The notes beneath the pieces were generated by a model. That model saw only the letters and a program-made list of their open reading frames with translations, did not search any database and was not told the origin of the DNA. Source: an archaeon (GTDB lineage Archaea > Micrarchaeota > Micrarchaeia > CAILAH01). Taken from it: DNA of 64,000 bases. The stretch is from positions 34,897 to 98,896 of the forward strand of contig JAJSAH010000017.1 of NCBI GenBank assembly GCA_024274875.1. Reading direction: 5' to 3'. The translations under genes were made by a program, and so were the position numbers. Within the stretch, counting starts at the first letter, position 1. Each line of letters opens with the position of its first letter. Shown in pieces: positions 1-11,091 of the stretch.

Positions 1-209
1 ACCTCGTTGATTGATTGCTGAAACTCCTGCCCAGCATATGGAGAAGTCGAGACATACGTAATTCCGGAACCGCTGACTCCTTTAACTGAGATGTTTATCA
101 TCGTTCCTGAATCAAGATCGCCCACTGCAGGCACTTCGAGATATTGAACTCCTGAAGAATTCGCCGCGATTATCGACGCAAATAAGAGCAATGCAACCAA
201 AAGCCTCAT
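1..209 (-). CDS. Secreted protein, N-terminal part only (open at the left window edge). It weakly resembles a Lon/S16 proteolytic domain.
   Basis: Own minus-strand translation from the ATG at 209-207: MRLLVALLLFASIIAANSSGVQYLEVPAVGDLDSGTMINISVKGVSGSGITYVSTSPYAGQEFQQSINE... The N-terminus is signal-like and hydrophobic. The G-rich beta pattern recalls Lon_C. It is absent from the ORF track because it is edge-truncated. Confidence 0.4.
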   Translation of the reverse strand, partial: MRLLVALLLFASIIAANSSGVQYLEVPAVGDLDSGTMINISVKGVSGSGITYVSTSPYAGQEFQQSINE

Positions 210-300
210 AGGATAAATATATTCAATTAAAATATTATGCTTTCTTTCTCCGACGATAGTAATATAAATATTTGTTCTGAATAGGATTGTATACATCTAT

Positions 301-307
301 GGAGGTG
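301..307 (+). promoter_or_regulatory. Shine-Dalgarno site GGAGGTG, 5 nt upstream of the ATG at 313
   Basis: The sequence reads ctatGGAGGTGttttaATG. It is complementary to the conserved archaeal 16S 3' end. Confidence 0.5.
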
Positions 308-312
308 TTTTA

Positions 313-534
313 ATGGGACGTAAGATAGGTCATGAGAAGATAAAAAGGGAAGATGGCTATCTCTATTATGTTGGTAGAGATGGATATGTTTGGGCTGTTC
401 CAATGAGGCATAACAAGAGAGGCAGAAAGAAAAAGATTGGAACTGAAAAAATAAGCAAAGAACCCGGATTTTTGTATTACGTTGGAAAAGACGGATACGT
501 GTATAAAGCTAAGATGAAGAACTACGGGAGATAA
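313..534 (+). CDS. Small, very basic protein made of two tandem ~30-aa modules; function unknown
   Basis: 73 aa. Module 1 is KIGHEKIKREDGYLYYVGRDGYVWAVPM and module 2 is KIGTEKISKEPGFLYYVGKDGYVYKAKM. A strong SD lies upstream and a T-rich tract follows the stop. Confidence 0.6.
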   Translation: MGRKIGHEKIKREDGYLYYVGRDGYVWAVPMRHNKRGRKKKIGTEKISKEPGFLYYVGKDGYVYKAKMKNYGR

Positions 535-546
535 ACTCCCTCTTTT

Positions 547-1365
547 TTATATTTTTGCTGAAACAGGCTTCCGTTTTCTCACAGCAAGTTTTCTGGGGAG
601 GCCATGCTTAAGTATAAACGCAGTGTTCTCCTTATCAACCGCTTCCTTGCGCTTTGATTTTGGCTTATTCGCAACCGCATCCAGAACAACAGAGTTTGGC
701 ATGGAAATAGATGAGGGATTTGCATGAAAGCGCACAAACTGCATCAAAGGCGCGTATGTTCTGTATTCAATAGATGAAAAATCAAAACAATCATTGAGAA
801 GTTTTATCTTAAATTTAACTTTGTAATATGATCTTCTAACTTTGAGCATACTCTTGCTATACTTTGATATTTTTGACTTATCATCTAAAAACCTGCCCTG
901 TAGATAATCTTCGAGCGACTTTTGAACTTTGCCGTCTATATCATCAAGCAATTCAATCGTATTCATCAACCCTATCTTCAATTTATCTATGCGCTTAAAA
1001 GGGGATTTTGACTTCATAGTATTCATAAGATTGAGCATATTTCCCAAATAAACCTTTCCCAATCGCGAGATGCTTAGCAATGTAACAAGAAATTCTCCAA
1101 TTGATGATGGCTTCTTGGCAGCCCTTGGAGAGAACAAAACTGACAACTCAAACGCTGACCCATGAAGATTATGATATGCACGGTTAAGGACAGCCTTTCT
1201 CTTTGCAGATGATTGCGCTATATGGTCTCTCTCAGCGATGGCGGTATGCTTTACAGTATGGTTGAATTCCTCGTCCATCACAAGTTTATTGCAAATAGTC
1301 TCTGAAAGCATGTACTTCTTGGATTGCATGCCATTTAAATAATTTTCTAATTTATAAAATCCCAT
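547..1365 (-). CDS. Hypothetical protein (lysine-rich, predicted helical)
   Basis: 272-aa ORF with no competing frame. I recognise no motif in it. Confidence 0.45.
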   Translation of the reverse strand: MGFYKLENYLNGMQSKKYMLSETICNKLVMDEEFNHTVKHTAIAERDHIAQSSAKRKAVLNRAYHNLHGSAFELSVLFSPRAAKKPSSIGEFLVTLLSISRLGKVYLGNMLNLMNTMKSKSPFKRIDKLKIGLMNTIELLDDIDGKVQKSLEDYLQGRFLDDKSKISKYSKSMLKVRRSYYKVKFKIKLLNDCFDFSSIEYRTYAPLMQFVRFHANPSSISMPNSVVLDAVANKPKSKRKEAVDKENTAFILKHGLPRKLAVRKRKPVSAKI

Positions 1366-1369
1366 ATTC

Positions 1370-1474
1370 GGGCCCGTAGTCGAGTGGTTAAGACGCTACC
1401 CTTACAAGGTAGAGATCCCCCGTTCGATATGTTTTTTGAAAATTGAAAAAAACACGAATCTCGGGGCGGGCCCA
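1370..1474 (+). tRNA. tRNA-Val (anticodon UAC) with a 32-nt intron at 1429-1460 in the T-loop (position 59/60)
   Basis: Hand fold: acceptor GGGCCCG/CGGGCCC, anticodon arm CTACC-CTTACAA-GGTAG, T-stem CCCCG/CGGGG. The T-loop is TTCGAT|T after removal of atgttttttgaaaattgaaaaaaacacgaatc. Discriminator is A; no CCA is encoded. Confidence 0.85.
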
Positions 1475-1552
1475 TCGATTCGATCTATCCGCACGCCAAA
1501 TCACATTATTTATAAAAGTTCAGAATTAAAATAATAACTAAAAGTGATAATT

Positions 1553-2161
1553 ATGTTTTCGTGGCTAATGAATATAATTAACGGCATGTTTGGCAAGAAA
1601 AAAGATGTCAGCTTAGGGTTGTACGGAGCGCCGAACGCAGGGAAGACTACGCTTGCAAACAAAATATGCGTTGATTGGCTCGGAGAACCGCTCGGTGCAG
1701 TGTCTGAAGTGCCGCACGAAACAAGAGTTGTGCAAAAAAAAGAAAAGGTAAATATGCATGTTAATGGACGCAAGCTGTCCATGAACCTGCTCGACATGCC
1801 CGGGATAGCAACAAAAGTGGATTATAAGGAATTCCTCAGGTATGGAATAAAAAAAGATGAAGCGCGCGCAAGAGCTAAAGAAGCAACGAAAGGAATAATA
1901 GAGGCAATAAAATGGCTTGAGAATGTTGATGCAGCACTGGTTGTGATGGATTCAACGCAGGACCCATACACGCAGGTCAACATAACGATATTGGGAAATC
2001 TTGAAGCAAGGAACATACCAGTTATATTAGTTGCTAACAAAACTGACCTGCCTGGTGCTAATGTTGAAAAAATTAAGGAAGCTTTCCCTCAGTACAGGCT
2101 CGTTGCATTATCGGCAAAGAAAGGAGACAACATAGAGCAGTTATACAGAATCATCTCTTAA
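1553..2161 (+). CDS. Small GTP-binding protein (archaeal GTPase of the GTPase/DUF2073/Zn-ribbon operon)
   Basis: Motifs: P-loop GAPNAGKTT, DMPG and NKTD. The ORF track starts at GTG 1544; the first ATG is at 1553. Confidence 0.8.
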   Translation: MFSWLMNIINGMFGKKKDVSLGLYGAPNAGKTTLANKICVDWLGEPLGAVSEVPHETRVVQKKEKVNMHVNGRKLSMNLLDMPGIATKVDYKEFLRYGIKKDEARARAKEATKGIIEAIKWLENVDAALVVMDSTQDPYTQVNITILGNLEARNIPVILVANKTDLPGANVEKIKEAFPQYRLVALSAKKGDNIEQLYRIIS

Positions 2162-2169
2162 AAGGTGAA

Positions 2170-2535
2170 ATGATGGCGAACATAAAAATGGAATTCGTAT
2201 CATCAAAGGCGCTCAGCAGCATGGAGAGCAGTGCGCGCGTAAAATACCTTCTAAGTGTTATAAGGAAAGGATATATCATAGTTCTTGAAGAAAAACTCGA
2301 CCCAAATGAAGAGCGATTGCTCATAGAAAAGACGATGCAAATTGTTGACAGCAAATTTACTGGCATAGAAATATCAAGCTTGGGAATGCAAACGGAAAGT
2401 TGGAAGAATGCCATAATAAAATTATTGGGGGGAAAAACTAGCGGATTAACAGTTATCGGCCCAGCAAAACTTATAAAAACTATAAAAAACGATCAAGAGA
2501 AGATTAACTTAATGGCAGGGCTTAAAGGTGATTGA
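2170..2535 (+). CDS. DUF2073-like conserved archaeal protein
   Basis: 121 aa. The stretch VKYLLSVIRKGYIIVLEEKLDPNEERLLIEKTMQ...FTGIEISS matches my memory of the DUF2073 family pattern. An AGGTGA SD lies upstream. Confidence 0.7.
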   Translation: MMANIKMEFVSSKALSSMESSARVKYLLSVIRKGYIIVLEEKLDPNEERLLIEKTMQIVDSKFTGIEISSLGMQTESWKNAIIKLLGGKTSGLTVIGPAKLIKTIKNDQEKINLMAGLKGD

Positions 2536-2822
2536 TGTTGGTTGTGTATCACAAATGCATGAAGTGCGGCAAAGAGTACTCTAGCGATGAACTTAGCAAA
2601 TTAAAATCTTGCAAAGTATGCAACGGGAATACATTTATGTTTAAGGCTAAAGCTGTGAAGATTAAGCGCAATGCGCCAACAAAAAATGATACTGATGCGG
2701 ACATTAAAGTGCTTGGAGAGGGCGTGTTTGAAGTAAATGTTGCTGCTGCAGCGCATAGGGAACCCATAATAATAGAAGGTGATGAAGGGGTATTTTTCAT
2801 AAAATTTCCAAAAAAGAGATGA
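2535..2822 (+). CDS. Zn-ribbon protein (DUF2072-like)
   Basis: Carries CMKCG...CKVCNG. The ATG overlaps the upstream TGA (TTGATG), which indicates translational coupling. Confidence 0.65.
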   Translation: MLVVYHKCMKCGKEYSSDELSKLKSCKVCNGNTFMFKAKAVKIKRNAPTKNDTDADIKVLGEGVFEVNVAAAAHREPIIIEGDEGVFFIKFPKKR

Positions 2823-2954
2823 TTGCAAGATATTATAAATGCGAAAATTTGTTTTAAAAAAGGTATTTTTTATTATATAATATTATGCGTGGAAATCCGA
2901 TTGTTTAAAAAAGAATTATGACAGAAATTTTTTGGTTCAATTATTATTGTTTGA

Positions 2955-3509
2955 ATGCATAATAGAAATATGAAACGATTAACTAAGTTTAGGAGGATGC
3001 GCCGCTCTGTAAAAAAGAATTTTGCAGCACTTTTTGCGGGCGTCGCGCTTGTTTTCAGTCCGCTGGTGGAACCTCTCGCGCGCAGTTCAACGCATAACCC
3101 GCACCATATTGAAAGGATAATGGCTAAAGATAAAAAGGGCTCTCTGTTCGGATTAAATCTCAAAATTAGCGATGAAGAGGTGTTGAAAACTGCAAGATTA
3201 TACCTATTGAACAGCAGGATGCATGCAGGAAGCGAACGCGCAGTTCTTTATGGAAATGCAGGACAGCTTTATTCATTCAAGTTTGAAGCACGAGTAAGCA
3301 AAGTGTATCTGCCAAGGCAGGACATAATAGATTTATCCGACCCGCTTACGCTGGATCCTGCGCCAGATACAATTATTCCCATTCTAAAAATCAGCAGGGA
3401 TATAAATATAGGGATAATTAGAAGCCTGCCGCAACCCAACATGCACTGGCCAGTGCCCAGCGATATAAACCTTCCAAGGCCTTTCCTCGGCGCGCAGATA
3501 GAATTCTAA
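2955..3509 (+). CDS. Hypothetical protein with a basic N-terminus and one hydrophobic segment (possibly secreted or anchored)
   Basis: 184-aa ORF containing KKNFAALFAGVALVFSPLV. No motif recognised. Confidence 0.4.
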   Translation: MHNRNMKRLTKFRRMRRSVKKNFAALFAGVALVFSPLVEPLARSSTHNPHHIERIMAKDKKGSLFGLNLKISDEEVLKTARLYLLNSRMHAGSERAVLYGNAGQLYSFKFEARVSKVYLPRQDIIDLSDPLTLDPAPDTIIPILKISRDINIGIIRSLPQPNMHWPVPSDINLPRPFLGAQIEF

Positions 3510-3526
3510 AAACTGAAAAAATAAAA

Positions 3527-5716
3527 TTAATCCATAAAGAAGCTTGGGTTGGGGGGCTCTTCAGGCTCTCCCTTCCTCTTTCTTATCTGCCTGACAACTT
3601 TATCCTGAAGCTCTTTAGGAAGTTTCTCATACCCGTAGTATTCATAGTACCATACAGCACGACCCTGAGTGGTTCCCCTTAGAACATTAGCGAAACCGAA
3701 CATCTCCGAAACAGGAACCTTAGCATTTATGGTAACTAAATCTTCCTCCTGATCAATATTCAGTATTTGCCCTCTCTTTCCTTGAACGCTGTTAATCACG
3801 CTGCTCATATACTCCTGCGGCAGCTGCACAAACAACTTTTGCTTTGGCTCAAGCAAAGTTATGCCCGCTTGAAGCAATGCTGCATAAATGGGACGTTTTA
3901 TTGCAGGTATGATTTGCGCAGGGCCTCGGTGGACTGGATCTTCGTGTATAGATGCATCTATCACAGATACCTTAACGCCAGTAACTTTTTCCTTCGCAAG
4001 CGGACCTTGCGCCATTGCTTCTTCAAATCCCTGAATCAAGAGTTCCATAACCTCATGCATATACTGAACTCCTTTAGTCATATCGAGGAATACATTGCCG
4101 CCAAAAATATCCTTCGCGTTCTTAGCTTCATCCCTGCTCATGCCATGCTCCATCAAAAGCTCCTGCACAGTTTTTCCTCTCACTTTGCCCTCAGGTATAA
4201 GACCTTCTTCAATCGCCTTGTGCACGCTTTCCTCAAGCGGCTCAACAACAACTTGGAATTTAGAATGCTTGTTCGGCGACTTGCCTTCAATAGGCCCAAC
4301 CTTCTTAGTGATGCACTCTTTATACACAACAATCGGCGGAGAGGTCATAATAGGAATGCCTTTCTCATTCTGTATCTTTGTCTCTATGATCTCTAAATGC
4401 AAATCGCCCATGCCATACATTAAGTGCTCACCTGTATCCATATTCAATTCAACTTTAAATGTTGGGTCCTCCTTAGCAATGCCCCTCAAAACATCAATCA
4501 ACTTAACCAAATCCTTTGGATTCTTAGCTTCAATAGATTTAGTAACTACCGGCTGCGAATAATGCTTAATTTGATCAAATGGTTCTATCTCAACTTCGCT
4601 TAATGTCTCTCCAACATACAAATCCTTCAAACCAACCATTGCAACTATGTTCCCCGCAGGCACATTGTCAACATTAACCCTATCAGGACCCATATATATG
4701 CTAACCTGCTGTATTCTGCCCTTCTCCTTCTTAGATATTTGATATACTTCTACGCTTTTCTTGACAGTGCCGCTGAAAACCCTGCATATTGCAACCTCGC
4801 CTGCATGAGGATCGATTGCAACTCCAAACACAACTGCGATGAGTTTCCCATTCGGGTCGCAGTCGCGCATCCACTTGAACGCGTCAGTATCTCTCTCACC
4901 ATGCCAAATCGATCCAATCCTATACTTCTGCGCTTCAAGAGGCGTGGGCAAGTGCTTAATAACCATTTCAAGAACAACTTCATCCAACCCTGCCTTCTCA
5001 GAAAGCTCCTTATTCTTCTCCTCCTTGCAGTAGTTGTATATGTCCTTAAAATTAATATTCAACCTCTGCATAGATGAAAAACTGATTGCCCATTTGTGAA
5101 ACGCCGACCCAAACGCCACATTGCCCTTATCAACCTTTACCTGCCATGATTCCTTAAATTCTGCGGGAGCATTTTGGCTTATGAGTTTATTAACTTTCGT
5201 AATTATCTTAACCAAGCGCTCCTGCATCTGCTCAGCATCAAGCTGAAGCTCATTAATAAGCCGATCAACTTTGTTTATGAACAGCACAGGTCTTGACCTC
5301 TCTTTCATTGCCTGCCTAAGCACAGTTTCCGTTTGAGGCATTACGCCTTCAACCGCATCCACCACCAAAACAACGCCATCAACCGCGCGCATAGCTCTTG
5401 TAACATGACCGCCGAAATCAACATGGCCCGGCGTATCAATCAGATTAACCAAATAATCATTTCCCTCATAAGTGAATCCTAATGAAATGTATGCGGATTT
5501 AATCGTAATTCCTCTCTTCTGCTCAATCTCATCAAAATCCATTACTCTCTGCTCTCCAGCAAGCTCCTTGCTCATAAGACCTGCGCGAGCAACCAAGCTA
5601 TCCGTGAGCGTCGTTTTGCCATGGTCTACATGAGCCACAATAGCGATGTTGCGTATATGCTCAACATCGGACATTAATTTCTGAACCTCTGATGCCATAT
5701 ATTCTTTCCTTGCCAT
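3527..5716 (-). CDS. fusA: Translation elongation factor 2 (aEF-2)
   Basis: 729 aa with AHVDHGKTT, DTPGHVDF and NKVDR. Homology runs the full length. Sits at the operon position after S7. Confidence 0.97.
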   Translation of the reverse strand: MARKEYMASEVQKLMSDVEHIRNIAIVAHVDHGKTTLTDSLVARAGLMSKELAGEQRVMDFDEIEQKRGITIKSAYISLGFTYEGNDYLVNLIDTPGHVDFGGHVTRAMRAVDGVVLVVDAVEGVMPQTETVLRQAMKERSRPVLFINKVDRLINELQLDAEQMQERLVKIITKVNKLISQNAPAEFKESWQVKVDKGNVAFGSAFHKWAISFSSMQRLNINFKDIYNYCKEEKNKELSEKAGLDEVVLEMVIKHLPTPLEAQKYRIGSIWHGERDTDAFKWMRDCDPNGKLIAVVFGVAIDPHAGEVAICRVFSGTVKKSVEVYQISKKEKGRIQQVSIYMGPDRVNVDNVPAGNIVAMVGLKDLYVGETLSEVEIEPFDQIKHYSQPVVTKSIEAKNPKDLVKLIDVLRGIAKEDPTFKVELNMDTGEHLMYGMGDLHLEIIETKIQNEKGIPIMTSPPIVVYKECITKKVGPIEGKSPNKHSKFQVVVEPLEESVHKAIEEGLIPEGKVRGKTVQELLMEHGMSRDEAKNAKDIFGGNVFLDMTKGVQYMHEVMELLIQGFEEAMAQGPLAKEKVTGVKVSVIDASIHEDPVHRGPAQIIPAIKRPIYAALLQAGITLLEPKQKLFVQLPQEYMSSVINSVQGKRGQILNIDQEEDLVTINAKVPVSEMFGFANVLRGTTQGRAVWYYEYYGYEKLPKELQDKVVRQIRKRKGEPEEPPNPSFFMD

Positions 5717-5754
5717 ATTTACCTAACCCCTGCATAAAAGAGAAATATGAAAAA

Positions 5755-6363
5755 CTATCTTGCGCCGCGAGCAATCCTCTCTACATCATCTCTCTTCTTA
5801 ATCGCATAGCTGTTAGCATCACCCTTGCCTGCAAGAATCAACTCATCAGCCAATGCCTCCGCCATAGTCTTCTTCTTCGCAAAAGATTGCATTATCGTAG
5901 CAAGAGCAATGTTGCGCAACGCCATATCAACCCTACGAGATGCAGATACATCAACAGCAACTTGGTATGACACGCCTCCAAATTGAACCCTTGTGATATC
6001 CTCGCGAGGCGCAGAGTTTTTGACTGCATCCACTAAAACTTGTATGGGATTGGATTTTGTGCGTTTGCTGATTATATCAAAAGCATCTTCAACAATCTTG
6101 ATAGCGACTGTCTTCTTGCCCTGCAATTGACCGTGAGTTCTTATAACTTTGCCAGACAATTTTTCACCCGTGCCGCCGCGCATGAGCTTATTGACAAGCC
6201 TCTCAACAATATTCACCTTAATCTTGCTGAACTGCTTCCTCGCATGCCTGCCAAAAGAATGGGGAAAATGCACTGGCTGCACAGAAACATAATTCACCAA
6301 ACCCTTATCATTCACAGATACATCATCCCAACTATATTTGCCAAACAACTTAATATCTGCCAA
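5755..6363 (-). CDS. rps7: 30S ribosomal protein S7 (uS7)
   Basis: 202 aa. Position in the S12-S7-EF2 context and a typical archaeal S7 sequence. Confidence 0.93.
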   Translation of the reverse strand: MADIKLFGKYSWDDVSVNDKGLVNYVSVQPVHFPHSFGRHARKQFSKIKVNIVERLVNKLMRGGTGEKLSGKVIRTHGQLQGKKTVAIKIVEDAFDIISKRTKSNPIQVLVDAVKNSAPREDITRVQFGGVSYQVAVDVSASRRVDMALRNIALATIMQSFAKKKTMAEALADELILAGKGDANSYAIKKRDDVERIARGAR

Positions 6364-6368
6364 AATAT

Positions 6369-6791
6369 CTACCTCTTAGTTTTTTGCTTCTTGCCTTTTC
6401 TGAGCTCTTCTAAAGATATGCCGTTAACAGCAATGACCTTGAATCTAACACCAGAAATTGAACCCATCTGGCCTTTTTGAGAACCCCCAAGCCCAACAAC
6501 TCTCACCAAATCATGCTCATCAATTTGGCTTATAGCTTTGTCGCGAGGCACATGAGCAGTCACAACCCTGCCGTTCTTCCTCAGCTGAACCCTTACGCAT
6601 TTAATCAACCCTGAGTGCGGCTGCTTCTGCTCAATAGCGCGCTTCTCAAGAACGATGCCGTCGCCCATAGGCGCGCCTTCAAGCGCATCGTACCTTTCTC
6701 TGTGCCTCATCACGCTCAGGGATTTCTTTTTATATTTGCGCCTTTTATGCTTCTTCTTCATAAGCCTTGCAGCATATTCTCCTCTTGCCAA
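6369..6791 (-). CDS. rps12: 30S ribosomal protein S12 (uS12)
   Basis: 140 aa containing KCVRVQL.KNGR..TA.VP. Operon context supports the call. Confidence 0.95.
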   Translation of the reverse strand: MARGEYAARLMKKKHKRRKYKKKSLSVMRHRERYDALEGAPMGDGIVLEKRAIEQKQPHSGLIKCVRVQLRKNGRVVTAHVPRDKAISQIDEHDLVRVVGLGGSQKGQMGSISGVRFKVIAVNGISLEELRKGKKQKTKR

Positions 6792-6795
6792 CCAA

Positions 6796-7209
6796 TCACC
6801 TTATCTGAATCTTCATCTCCTTGCCGAAAAGTTTCTTAAAAAACTCTTTGGCAAATGTCAACACAGCGCCCCTTCTCATTGAGTATTTATCAGAGGCGTT
6901 TAATTTAACATAGATAACCTTTTTATTATTTCTTTCATGCTCCTGAGTCATAGGAGCATCCACATTCAGCGATTTTTTTATGAAATCTTCCGCAGAAGAA
7001 GTGCTCTCAAATACATACACGCTCCTGCCAATCTTTCCTCTCAACTTCTTCACATTAGATCCCGCCTTGCCTATTGACCTGCCCATCATTCCTTTGGGAA
7101 CCAAAAAAGCCACGCCGTCTTCGTTAAGCAAGCAGTAATCGGGGGATACGCCAGTTATATTGGAAAAAAGAGTCATGCAGTATATTTCATCATTGGATAA
7201 TTTATGCAC
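6796..7209 (-). CDS. nusA: Archaeal NusA-like transcription termination factor (two KH domains)
   Basis: 137 aa with GRSIGKAGSNVKKL. Conserved position between L30e and S12. Confidence 0.85.
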   Translation of the reverse strand: MHKLSNDEIYCMTLFSNITGVSPDYCLLNEDGVAFLVPKGMMGRSIGKAGSNVKKLRGKIGRSVYVFESTSSAEDFIKKSLNVDAPMTQEHERNNKKVIYVKLNASDKYSMRRGAVLTFAKEFFKKLFGKEMKIQIR

Positions 7210-7222
7210 TAACTCACCTTCA

Positions 7223-7537
7223 TCACTTAGACGGGTTGGAAGAAACTAAAGATAATATATCCGAATCCCCTTCTTCAAGCACCGACATAACAGAAACTGG
7301 ATACGGCTTGCCGCACACGGAACCCAATTCTTTCGAAGTTCCAGCAAACTCATACATCGGAATGCCGCCCATTTTAGCATGTTTGGATATCGCAACCTTC
7401 AGATCAAAAGGTATATTAGAAGAGAACAAGACAATCTTGCTTTTCCCAGACCGAACAGAACGCATGCACTCGTTCTTGCCAAGCAAAACTCTCCCCGTAT
7501 CTACTGCCATTCTTATAGATTTTTGAACATCCATCAT
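7223..7537 (-). CDS. rpl30e: 50S ribosomal protein L30e (eL30)
   Basis: 104 aa. Conserved position downstream of rpoA'' and a typical L30e/L7Ae-fold sequence. Confidence 0.88.
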   Translation of the reverse strand: MMDVQKSIRMAVDTGRVLLGKNECMRSVRSGKSKIVLFSSNIPFDLKVAISKHAKMGGIPMYEFAGTSKELGSVCGKPYPVSVMSVLEEGDSDILSLVSSNPSK

Positions 7538-7538
7538 A

Positions 7539-11083
<3,545 letters not shown>

Positions 11084-11091
11084 ACTAACAC

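Noticed and set aside
1-209. Treating the secreted Lon-protease-like fragment at the left edge and the protease-less LonB-like ATPase at 36.6 kb as the two halves of a split Lon
   Set aside because: They are 36 kb apart and on opposite strands. One has a signal peptide. No evidence links them, so the pairing is mentioned only as context.
2823-2954. The AT-rich 132-bp spacer as a possible ncRNA (C/D box) or an origin
   Set aside because: I found no C (RUGAUGA) / D (CUGA) box pairing and no repeats. It is most simply the promoter region for the 2955 gene.
3767-4562. Long ORFs on the strand opposite EF-2. Similar antisense ORFs lie inside rpoA', rpoB', polB, cdc6, nrdJ, abce1, pyrH (47927..48625) and other genes.
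   Set aside because: They lie entirely inside strongly supported genes, translate to low-complexity or unrecognisable sequence, and lack SD or promoter context. They are shadow ORFs.
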